DNA of 64,000 bases. Source: Guillardia theta CCMP2712. Lineage: Eukaryota; Protista; Cryptophyta. Below are positions 53,594 to 64,000 of this stretch, in pieces. The position numbers and the translations under genes were made by a program. The stretch spans positions 104,023-168,022 of the forward strand of contig NW_005434660.1 of the NCBI RefSeq assembly GCF_000315625.1. The letters run 5' to 3'. Within the stretch, counting starts at the first letter, position 1. Every line of letters starts with the position of its first letter. The notes under the pieces were generated by a model. That model searched no databases, was not told where the DNA came from, and saw only the letters and a program-made list of their open reading frames with translations.

Positions 53594-56500
53594 TCATGTC
53601 CTTAATGACAGGATGTGGTTGGCTAGATCTGGTTTGCGCCATTCTCGCGCAAAGTCGGCGACCTGGAGGAGGGTGAGATGGAGCCCGAGGAGGTGGAGGA
53701 GGCACCTGGCTGAGGAAGTGTCGCACGATGTTGGGCTCTCCTCGCAGACGCTCCAGGCGCTTCAGCAGGATCTTGGTCTGTTTGCACGCGCAGTCAGGAC
53801 AGGGAGGAAGAGGAACGTCGTCAGACCTGCTGGGCCTTGCCCCGCACAAGCTTGAGCATCGCGAGCTTGAGGCTTACCCTGCTGAATATCAACGGATTGA
53901 AAGTATGGTGTTGTTGATGACGGTGAACAAAAGAAGAGAAGGAGGTGGAGGAGGGAGGAAGGGAGAGAGGAAGACATCGGGGACGAGGGAGCAGGGCCCC
54001 ACGCTGAGATTGGAGGGCTGAGGAGTGAAGAGAGATAGTGAATACGCGAAGGAAAGAAACTCGCCTGTTCTCCTTGCTCAGAAAGTCGGACTCGTCGACT
54101 GAAGAAGAAGTTCGTAGAGAGTTGGACTGAACAATCTGTGAGCCACAAAAGGAAGGAACATGGAAAGAGGGAAAGGGGAGGAAGGGGAAGGGAAGGGAGA
54201 GAGGAGGAAGGGGAAGGGAAGGGAGAGGGGAGGAAGGGGAAGGGAAGGGAGAGGGGGGAAAGGAGGAGAAGTCACCATCTTGACATCTGTGGAATCAGAT
54301 GAAGCATTTGTTGGCTTTGCTCCAGGGCGTGCGATGGCTCTGCGATGTTACTTAGCTGGTGAGGGCAGGGAAGGGGAGAGGAGAGTAGCAGAGAGGAGGA
54401 GCTGGGAGCAAGTGAGGGAAGGAGGAGGGAAGGAGGAGGCAGAGAGAAGCTGCAGCGACACCTTGCCGTCGCTGTCTTATCAGGAGCAGGGCTGCAGTCT
54501 CTGGTCAGGCGGAGCAAGGAGACAGCCACGTCGCTGCTGACCTCGTCTCCCTCGAGGAGGCNNNNNNNNNNNNNNNNNNNNNNNNNNNNNNNNNNNNNNN
54601 NNNNNNNNNNNNNNNNNNNNNNNNNNNNNNNNNNNNNNNNNNNNNNNNNNNNNNNNNNNNNAGGAGACCTGATGGAGATTGATTGGACGTGACGTCTCTA
54701 TCCTTATCTCTCTCGCCCTGCTCAGCTGTCAGACGTCGAGGCTAGTCAAATTCTCTCGACCTTGACAAACTTGAGCCTTGTGAGCGCGTGAACAAGATGC
54801 TGTCATTGACATCAGAAGGGTCAACAAGCTCCTGCCCTCCTCCGCGCTCCTCTCCTCCCTCTCCTCGGTCTCCGTCCCACATACGCCTTCGCTCCACTCC
54901 CTCTTTTCTGCCTCCGGCTGCTCTCTCCCTCCCTCCCTCCCTCCCTCCCTCCCTACTCCTCCCCGTAGCCGCCACCGCCTCCCTCCTACTTGTGAGTGCA
55001 TCGGCTCGGTCCGGTCAGCAATGGCGATCCCCAGATTCCTTAGCAGCTTCTGCGGACCAAGATCAACTCACTAGATCGTCGCGCCACGATCGCTGACCCT
55101 GAGAGACTTAAGGTAGTAGGGCGGAACGGATCGCACGTAAGCCTCCAACTCCTGAGAGAGGGTTCAGCAGGAGGTGAGGTAGGAGGAAACTTGGAGGGAG
55201 GGCACGACTGTGAGAGACACGAGAGAAAAGGCGGAGAGGATGGGGAAGGGAGAGGGGGGAAGATGGAGGAAGGGAAGGGAGAGGAAGAGGAGGCAGAGGC
55301 AGAGACAGAGAGAGATGTAAGCAGCTAGGGGTGAGGGGGTGAGGGTTGAAGGAAACTGGAGCAGAACGGGAAAGCAAGGAAGGACCTGTCGTGTTTGTGT
55401 CGATTTGTTTGCGATCCCCCCGGCATTCTGCAAAGGCCATCAGCAACCTCTCAGCTCTTGAGCCCTCCCTTGTCAGAGAAAAAAAGTCAAACTGACAGGT
55501 TTTCTCAGCTCCTCCACGATCTCATAGAGCTGCCACAACCAGTTCAGCACGAGCCCAGCTGGACAAGACAAGTTGACAACCTTGGGGTAATTATACGGCA
55601 GGAGAGCAAGCTCCACCCCCTGCTCAACCTCGTCAGACAGGAAAGTCCAGCAGCAGTCCAGCTCTTGCCGAGCTGCTCGAAGGACGGATCCTCCCCATCC
55701 CGTCTTGTGGTATCAGCCTGTTCCCCGTCACATCTAGAAGGCGGCGCATGCTCAGCTCACCGGAGGAACCCGAAAGGCTCTCCAGCACATGGTGAAATGC
55801 TGAGCGGCATCTCGCCCGCAGCTGGGCAAGGCGTCGAGGAGCCTTTCACGTACAGTTGAAGGATCGCCTGGGAGCAGAATCAGCCAACAATGCCAACATT
55901 ACCACAAACCTCCTTCTCCTCCTCCTCCCTCTCTTCCTGCTCCTCCCTCTCTTCCTGCTCCTTCTTCCACTTATCTATCACACCCCCTTCTCCTTTGTCT
56001 CTCCCCCAGCTCCTCCTCTTACACGCGGGTTCTTCAGAGCATTGCAGCGTTCGCGCAGGTAGTCGGTGACAGCACAGGGCTGAAGAGAGGGTCAGGCGTG
56101 TCGGGGCGGAAGGAAGGAGCCGGCTACCTCGACCTCGTAGAACTCTGGGAAAAGGATCGTGTGGTCGTGCGCAGGATCTTTCTGACCTTCTCCTCCTTGA
56201 CCATCGCCGGTTCCTGCAGCTGACAGTGAGCAAGTGGAGGGAGGAGGCGGGTCTACTGACCGCAGACAAGTTTGTAGGAGAGGACTGGGAGTGCGGCGCG
56301 GGGGACTACAAGTGAGTCAGGGCAAGCTATTCCTCCAGGTGACCTGAGTGGTTACCGATGCTCGTTGCGCTCTCAGTGAGCAGCGTGCTGTCAGGAATCT
56401 GCCCTGGCGCTCAGGCGCAACTCCGAGATCCAAGGGGAACTTACCGGCCAGAACTGAGGAGCCTTTGAGGCTACGACGAGGATGGTATTGGCCTGCTGCC

Positions 56501-58134
56501 GTGTCAACGGTCATGTCAAGTGCAGCCCTCCTATCACCTGAGGAGGAGCCTTGATCCTGGTTGCATCCTTGAACCCGTTCTCCTCATCGTCCTGACCGTC
56601 CACATCATGAACTACCTCTGCCCAACATCTGCTGCTGCTCTACCTCGAGAGGGACGATCTTGACCCCGACACTCGCGGCGATCAGCCGGCTTGACAGGCT
56701 CTCCACAGCCTGCAAGCCGTCAGGTCCTTGACTGAAGGAAGTTACTCCTCGGCGGCTGAATCCAACCCACCTTCATCAACTCTCGCATGTTCTGCACCAC
56801 CTGCAAAGATTCTCATTCCCCCTACCCCCGATCGGTCGCTATGAAAGTCTCACTTGCGCCCTTCCTGCTGTCATGTCTGCTATAGAGCCGGCGGGTCCAG
56901 GATTATTTGCCAGCTCCTGAAAAGGAGAGGTTATAAAAAGCAAAGGTTAGCGGAAGCATACCTGAGGTAGACTGCCGCATCCCGGACAACGCAAGATGGT
57001 CATCCAAACTCGCTGGTCCCACCGGAAAGGCTCCTTGTGTGCAGTCAAGTCAGAGGTAGGAGTCGGACAGAGGTGAGTGGAACCAGGAAGAGCTCAGCAG
57101 AAGTCGGAGCCTCTGAGCGGGGCAGATTGAAAGATGAAAGAATGCCTGCAACAGAACAAGTTGTGAGTGCAATCAATGTCATGTTCGATGAATCTTCGTC
57201 ATCGCCATGAACATCTCAGATTGCACATATGCAATGCCCGATATATAACCAAATCAGACTCAGACTCAGACTCAGACTCAGACTCAAACGCCTTCCTCAA
57301 TTTTGACCACAGCCACTATTATCATCATAAACACCATCCAACAAACCATCATCGTCACCGTCACCGGCACCGTCACCGTCACCATCACCATCACCATCAC
57401 CATCACCATTACCATCACCATCACCATCACCATCACCATCAAAGAGAACAACCTGTATCATTGGAGATGTCGCATCCATCGCTCAGAATCCACACAGACG
57501 CCGCTTCCATGGTCATCCATGGCCATCGACCCTGTACCCAGCACTGGTCACCATGAAGGCAAGAAACCTCCTCCTCACCTGTCCGTAGTTGTCGATGTCA
57601 TACGTCGATCGTCCCTGGGACTGGAGTCAGAGGTACACCCAAGGAGGAGGAGGAGAAGCAACGACTTTCTCCAGCAGGTCGAAACAGCAGCGGACTGCCG
57701 ACGGAAGATCCGAGAGGTCTCTTGCCACAGCGTTCTTGACCTGGTCAGTGTTAAGCAATGGAAGAACGAAAACCTCTTCGCTCTTGACCTTCTGCAGGAA
57801 CACATGCTGGCTGTCTCCCCATCCAGCTTCGACTGTTCCTCCTGCCATGACCGATCTCGTCAGGACAGTACGAGTTCATAGAGTAGGGGACCGTATCGAG
57901 TTGTGACCAAGAGGAACCTGTGCTGCCGCTCGTTGGGAAACCTTCGCACCTACGAGCAACGAGGTCATGGCGAGAACCAACATCGTGGGAATGGAAAATT
58001 TCTACCATCTGCTCAATGGCGGCTTTCGCCATGTCGAGTAGAGAGATATTGGATGACGTCCTCTGATTCATGGACGCTGAAGTGTCGAGCAGAATGCAGG
58101 TGCAGGGAACCTGCCCTTTCACATTCGCCGCCAT
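53594..58134 (-). CDS. INTS6: Integrator complex subunit 6 (INTS6/DDX26-like)
   Basis: N-terminal VWA motif ILLDTSASMNQRT...LLDMAKAAIE; C-terminal LERLRG...FLSQVADFAREWRK..L resembles the INTS6 C-terminal domain; spans an assembly gap. Confidence 0.8.
54562..54661. other. Assembly gap (100 N)
   Basis: Run of n characters. Confidence 1.
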
Positions 58135-59154
58135 TGTTTCGCTAGGAGCCTGCCATGTCAACAAATCAGCCACTGAGCATCGGATTTCAAGGTGATCTTC
58201 CCAATCCTTGACCACGCTGACAGTCCCATTCTCCCTTCCTCTTTGATAGGATCTGACAGAACCCCGCACTTGTCGCAGTCAAGATTCAAGGATCAGCAGC
58301 TCTGACATGACCATCTCTCCTCCGCCTCTATGCCTGTCTAGCCAACCCTTCCTCTCCTCTGCCGTCTCCCTCCTTCGCTGCAACTACCACCCCCGCCATG
58401 CCCTGCCGCTCTGAGCTGCATTGCCACATGGAAACTTGTGCAAGACATCATCAAATTTTATTAGAGCTCCAATTAGAAAAGTGAAGACCTTGAGGGTACT
58501 AGCATCTAGCTCAAATTGCAATGGCCCGCCGGCTCAGTCGGACGTCATGTGGGCTGATCGGAGTCACCCGGCGTGCGGAAGCCGCCCGGCTCCGAGTCGG
58601 CCGGCCGAGAGCGCGACAGTTTTTGCTCAAGACCGACTCCGGCGAGTTTAATGCACACAAAAACGGATGATATTGAGGAGCACATGAGAGATAGACTGTA
58701 TGCTAAGATGTGAAATCCAAGCATCCAGACATGAGGGGACCTTAGCAAGACCGGGCTAGGAAGGCCTCCTCTTCGTCTCTCAGTGAACTAAATTGCCGCC
58801 TTGAAAACACGTAAGAGTTGTTTTGGTTTACGGGAGAGTTTTTGTTAACTCGGCGCTATCTGACTGGCACGGCTGGCATACGATCCATCAGAGTGCTAAA
58901 GTCTTGTTCGGGAATCGGAAGACTCTGATGATTCGCTGGGTACTGAACTTGCCAAGTTGAACGGAAGTTGCAGCGGCCTAGCTGAGCACTGCCGTTCTGC
59001 AGCGGAAATCCTGGCAATGCAGCGCTGTGATAAGCCACTCCGGGATATCCGATGATGATCACTTTAGGGTCTAACAGAGGTCCCTAATGCATTGAGAGTG
59101 GAGCATGTTGAAGTACGGTATTCACACGGCGGGGAAGCCCCAGGAGAGCTCGGA

Positions 59155-60168
59155 TCACTTTTCTGCCACTCTCTCTCTTAGGTAAGCCGGGCTAACCCCG
59201 CAAGCAAGCGCCACTTTTGCGATATCCGCAGCGCCAGGAGCTTTTGCTGCCCACACCTTGTAGATGACGATGGCAGCAACTGTGGCTGGAGCTCCTTGAA
59301 GTTGCTTGTCAGACTGCAGCTTCAATGCTTCCTCTGCGTAGCTGAAGGGGAGCTGGAGGCTTCCCAAGAAACGATCAAGATGATGCTTGAACGACTGGGG
59401 CTTGGTGCCCTGCCCATGCTTTAGGACTAACTTGCTGACCTTAGAGTACACTGCTCCCGTTGCTGCACATATCTCACGAAGCGTCCTGCTCTGTGCGAGC
59501 TCTTTGCAAGCCAGATACAGGCAGGCTGATGCAACCGACTCTTGTTCGCGCTTGTTGCGAGGTATGGATGCGGCGAAGACAAGAGCCTGCTGCAGTACTT
59601 GCTCAGAGACCTCAAGTTTGTGACCGAGGTCTTGGATCAACTCTTTCAGCTTCACTTCATATGGGTCAGACTCCTTGCAAATCTTTTGGTTCGCTCGCTG
59701 GATGTCGCGTGCAGCCTCGGGTTCGATCTTCCTCTTTTTCGTACCTCCTTCTCCACTGACGATGCCCATATCAGCAAAAGAATGCTCGCGGATAGAGGTT
59801 CTATGCATTACACCGCAGTTGGTGCATACAATACATCCTTCCTGCTCTATCACTTGCATGCCGGTTGCCCCGCAGGAAGCACAGATGTCTCGAAGGATGC
59901 GGACGAGGGTCACCCTACACGCCCCTCCGGCAAGCAGCTTGGGGTGTCTGCCATCCTGTCGGATGTACTCAATAGTATCGTCATACTCGAGCTTGACGAT
60001 CCGATCGCCCTCCTTCACACCCTTGGCGCTGGCTTCAGAGTCTGGATGGACTCGATTGACAACGATTGGGAAAGCAAAACAGCCTTCATCCCTCAGACGA
60101 GCAGATATGCCCCAGTGAAGTGACTCGAAGTCAACTACAAGCTCTGCGCTTCTGTCCATTTTCGCCAT
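59155..60168 (-). CDS. TFIIB/BRF-like factor with an N-terminal PDZ-like domain, intronless
   Basis: IVVNRVHPDSEASAKGVKEGDRIVKL (PDZ-like); CASCG...CIVCTNCG zinc ribbon; cyclin-fold motifs VASACLYLACK...RTLREI, PATVAAIVIY, VALACGVS. Confidence 0.85.
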   Translation of the reverse strand: MAKMDRSAELVVDFESLHWGISARLRDEGCFAFPIVVNRVHPDSEASAKGVKEGDRIVKLEYDDTIEYIRQDGRHPKLLAGGACRVTLVRILRDICASCGATGMQVIEQEGCIVCTNCGVMHRTSIREHSFADMGIVSGEGGTKKRKIEPEAARDIQRANQKICKESDPYEVKLKELIQDLGHKLEVSEQVLQQALVFAASIPRNKREQESVASACLYLACKELAQSRTLREICAATGAVYSKVSKLVLKHGQGTKPQSFKHHLDRFLGSLQLPFSYAEEALKLQSDKQLQGAPATVAAIVIYKVWAAKAPGAADIAKVALACGVSPAYLRERVAEK

Positions 60169-60367
60169 GCTGGGATGCAGCTGTCGAGTACCCTACCCCT
60201 ATTCGTCGTAGCCATTTACTATGAGAGTACCCCCCGTTCTCCGAGCAACCAAATGACCAGGCAGGTCTTTGGCCATGTCATGCCGCGATGCTGGGAGTCC
60301 GGGGCCAGGACAATATTAATCAGTTAAGTTTGGGGGACAGCAGTCGGCAGGATTAGGTTTGGTTCTC

Positions 60368-60507
60368 GCTGTCTTTTCTCTTCTCGCCGTTTGGCCTGTG
60401 CGACAGTGTCAGGGTCAAGCCTCCTCGACTCTCCTGATTGTCCTCGTACTGATTTTTAACTTAACTTTGAGTAAAGATTAATCTTTCGTCAGCCCACTCT
60501 CGACGTC
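60368..60507 (-). repeat. Dispersed repeat homologous to 9951-10145, with one exact 39-bp core (60437-60475)
   Basis: Collinear sequence similarity on the reverse strand. Confidence 0.85.
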
Positions 60508-60630
60508 GTTGGAATGATGATGGGCCAGGGCGGGGTCCGTCGGGCCGGGCCCGGGCGCCGCCCGGCCGGTCGGGCCGCGCGCCGAAAATTCAGAACTTCT
60601 TGATGCGACATTGGCCTGAGCGGCGCTCCA

Positions 60631-60662
60631 TTTACTCGAAGTTAAGTTAAAATCAGTACGAG
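60631..60662 (+). repeat. 39-bp core element, partial copy inverted relative to 60437-60475
   Basis: TTTACTCGAAGTTAAGTTAAAATCAGTACGAG. Confidence 0.9.
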
Positions 60663-61523
60663 CTCGAATCTAGTAATGAGTTGACTAAAATAATTCCTTT
60701 ATGTGGTGTCGGGTAGGGTAGCCGCACCCAAGCATTGGACTACAAGGGTGGGTCCCCCCTGTCAAGTATGGTAGGATTTTAGGATTCCAAGGGGGGTAGG
60801 TGGTTTTGCATGAGGTAGGGGTACTTATTACCCCATGGTTCCACCGGCAGGAGCAAGTTGGGGTCAACCGGCAGGGAAAGGAGGGATTTCAGAGTTGGCG
60901 TGTTTTTTAGTATTAGATATTATAAAATAAAAGCCAGATTGTACTGGAATAATTCTAGGTGGGGGTGAAGCACGGCAAGGAAGGGGGTACTAGACGTTTG
61001 GTGTGATAATCAAGGGGGTGGGAGCAAGTTGGAGTGGGTAGGGGTACAAAATAACAAAACATTATAGGGTACTATAGCCAAAAAATAAGGGATAAAATGG
61101 GGTATACCTGATGTTGGTGTGGGTCATTACTCAACTAGGTGGGTAGTCCTGGGACCGGTGGTGTCACGAGAATGGCGGCGGCGGCATGTAAGGGGGGAGG
61201 CGAGGAGTGAGGATTGGCAGCAGGAGGGAGGAGGAAGTCAGACTGTCAGCGATGAGGACAAGAGAGGAATCGACCGCGATGGCGGAAACCATGCTTCTTG
61301 TGCCACCTGCGTAGGGTTGACGTACCTGACCAGTCCATTGAAGATCCCAGCAGGCGAGCCGAAGACGGTTATTTGAAAGCGGGAGAAACTGTGGGATGAA
61401 CTCGCATCGGATTCTTTCTTGCACGACATAACGCATCCTCCCTGGTCTTGCAGCTCTCCCGTGCTGCTGGTCTGGATCTATCGCATTCCGTAGACCACAG
61501 CTACTCTTAGGCAGAGCGTAACG

Positions 61524-63663
61524 ATGAATCTCGGACTGGGAACGCCTGTACGGCGGTATATGATCCTGATGCTCCTGACAATCGTCTTGGTTGGAGGGTT
61601 TGCAAGGTACCGAGAGCTCGCCTCCATCGACTCTGGCGGGATCCGAAGCGCGGTGGGCCGGTTCGACTTTCTCCAGTCGTTTGGTCAGTTCTCGCAGTCC
61701 AAGGAGGTGGTCCCTGCTGTCTTCGACTCGAGCAAGAATGCGCTGTCTCTGCATGTCTCTCCCATGGACGGATTCTCTTGGAGCGGCATCTCAGGGCTCA
61801 TCGGCGGCGGCAACGCCACAATGCAGGAAAGCGCCAAGGTACATGGGCCGGTGAAACTGAGCATGGAGAAAGATAGGGCGGAGGGGATGCTGGAGTGCGA
61901 CGTCGTTCTGAACCTCTTCACCACCTTTATCGACAACGGGGACAACCGCAAGATCGGAGCGCAGGAGAACGTCCTGAGGGCCTACCAGAGGCTGAGGAAG
62001 CATGGGGTAATGCCATGGCTCTTCACCACATCCGAGAAGTGGACCAAGAAAGCGATGGAGCACGATGTGATGGTGGTGTCGGACATCGCAACGAATCGTC
62101 ATGGTACTCCTCTGCTCGGGCACATGTACGAGACTGTTCGCAACATAACTGAGAAGCACTGCACCCCGTACCCCCGCTACGTGTTCGACTCCTACACCAA
62201 CGGCGACATCGTGTTCACCAAGGGGCTGGCGGACACGCTGTCGGAAGTGAGGAGGGTGTGGGGGCATGAGATCAGTCAGGGGAGGAGGAAGGGGGTGATG
62301 GTGATCGGGAAGAGAACCAACGTTGATTATTTTGACACACAACTCAAGTCCGACGCGGAAGTCGAGGAGTTTTCGAAGAAGGGACATCTGTTCCAGAACG
62401 ATGCCATAGACTACTTCGCCTACCTGCGAGGGACTGTGGACTGGAATCGGATGCCCAAGTTTGCGGTCGGAAGAAGAGCATACGACAACTGGCTTGTGGA
62501 CAACATGTTCCACAAGGATGAAGCTGACATGATCGACGCGACCCACACGGTCCTCGCCCTTCACCTCACAGCATCTGATGGCAACCTGGCTGGTCACAAG
62601 AAGGGAGTAGACAATGACTGGAACAAGCAGGTGATCAACCCTGTCACAAGGAAGCAAGTCGGAGGCCACGAGTGGGACCACGGGAGGACGGATCACGCAC
62701 AGTTCTTCACGCGCTGGGACATCCATGATCGCGTTGCCTTCCACCTTCGAAGTGGGAGGAAGGAGGGGAGGAGCATGCCAGAGCTGGCAACAACGCTCAC
62801 ACCGGAGACCGTCAAGATGACTCCCTCCGTCATCCTCCCCACGGCGATCCGAGCGCCCGCTCCGAGCCCGGACGCTAGCAAGCCCAAGGACCCTGTTCCT
62901 CTCTCCCCCCGACCTGTGACGATCGAAGATATTCAGGCTCAGGACAACAAGGACAATGGGCCCCACTTCGAGCTCGAGCCCTGCAAGGTTGTCCTCAACC
63001 TCTTCACCACCTTCATCGAGAACTCGCACGACAACAGGAAGCAGACGGCGCAGGAGAACGTGCTGCGGTCGTACCAGAGGCTGCGGGAGTTCGGGATCCA
63101 GCCATGGCTCTTCTCGCGCTCGGAGGACTGGACGGTCAAGGCAATGCAGCACGACGTCAAGGTCGTGTCCCAGTTCGAGACGAACCCTGCGGGTACTCCC
63201 TACCTTGGTTCCATGTACCGCCACATCGCCAACATCACGACTGGCCGATGTGGGGACCCGGAGCCGTTCGTCTTCGACGCGTACGTGAACGGGGACATTG
63301 TCTTCACCAGGAGCCTTGCAGACACGCTGATCAAAGTAAGGAGCAAGTGGGAGATGGCGGTGCGGTCGGGGAGGAGGAAGGGGGTGATGATAGTGGGAAA
63401 GAGGACCAACGTCGAGTGCCCCAAAGGGCTGAAGCTGCACTCTGACAAGGCGGTGGAGAAGTTCTCACAGCTGGGGAGGGTGTTTCAGAACAATGCGCAG
63501 GACTTCTTCATCTACTCGAGGGGAGCTGTGAACTGGGATCAGATCCCCGCGTTCGTGGTGGGGAGGAGGGCCTACGACAACTGGCTGGTCCATAATGCGC
63601 ACCATGACCCGCTCCTCGACCTCATCGACGCGTCTAACACGATCCTTGCTGTCCACCTAACAG
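61524..63663 (+). CDS. Type II membrane protein with two tandem glycosyltransferase-like (GT-A-like) domains; probably continues after an intron
   Basis: N-terminal TM (YMILMLLTIVLVGGF); duplicated domain NLFTTF...GTP.LG.MY...YxNGDIVFT...GKRTNV...VGRRAYDNWLV...IDA; Pro-rich linker. Confidence 0.75.
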
Positions 63664-63679
63664 GTGGGTGCCGGATGTT

Positions 63680-63802
63680 AGGGGAGAGGTGGAGGGGGGG
63701 GATGATAGGGGAGAGGTTGGGGGGGGAGGATGATAGGGGAGAGGTTGGGGGGGAGGATGATAGGGGAGAGGTGGGGGGAGGATGATGGATAGGGGGAGAG
63801 GT
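63680..63802. repeat. Intronic G-rich minisatellite (GGGGGAGGATGATAGGGGAGAGGT)n
   Basis: About 4-5 tandem copies after the GT donor at 63664. Confidence 0.85.
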
Positions 63803-64000
63803 CAAGATCTGTCGCTACAGGCTTCCTGGCATACCCAGGATTGGGAAAAAGAAATCAGTTCACCTCCGCGAAAATGGGGAAAGGACGATAGAGTGTGATG
63901 ACACTCATGTGACTCAGCAGGGTACTGAATACATAGAAGATGGGCGAGTCGCTCAAGAATATATCTATCTCTTCGTAGTGAAGCACGGTTTCATTGGATC

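Noticed and set aside
57167-57556. Poly-His ORF
   Set aside because: A (CACCAT)n microsatellite inside an INTS6 intron, on the opposite strand.
61791-63440. 549-aa antisense ORF (likewise 3170-4345 and 15077-16090)
   Set aside because: Shadow ORFs of GC3-rich genes on the opposite strand, with no recognisable motifs.

Overview
Intron-rich, GC-rich eukaryotic nuclear DNA with many ~40-50 nt introns, (GAG)n/(CTC)n tracts and bipartite plastid-type leaders; the style fits a cryptophyte alga (Guillardia/Hanusia-like), which is an inference. About 24 protein-coding genes are visible: a Ufd2-core/UBC fusion, a MORN-repeat protein, a RING-CH+DUF179 protein, an NDP-kinase-like protein, CCT1, a class V aminotransferase ending in SRL, ankyrin and TPR-like proteins, a MAK/ICK kinase, DENND10, two paralogous HTH proteins, an aldo-keto reductase, a Zn2Cys6 factor, a HAD hydrolase, a PDZ protein, a DnaJ-ankyrin protein, INTS6, a PDZ-TFIIB fusion and a tandem glycosyltransferase-like protein. 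The most striking non-coding signal is a 39-bp element (TTTACTCAAAGTTAAGTTAAAAATCAGTACGAGGACAAT) found 9 times in both orientations, only between genes. One copy shows a filled/empty-site difference, one has a TSD-like flank, and the copies lie beside CCGG-rich islands. A separate class of strand-biased GGGGTA/TACCCC islands also lies upstream of genes. No rRNA, tRNA, CRISPR array or transposase was recognised. Exon boundaries were read by eye, so multi-exon CDS coordinates are gene spans.
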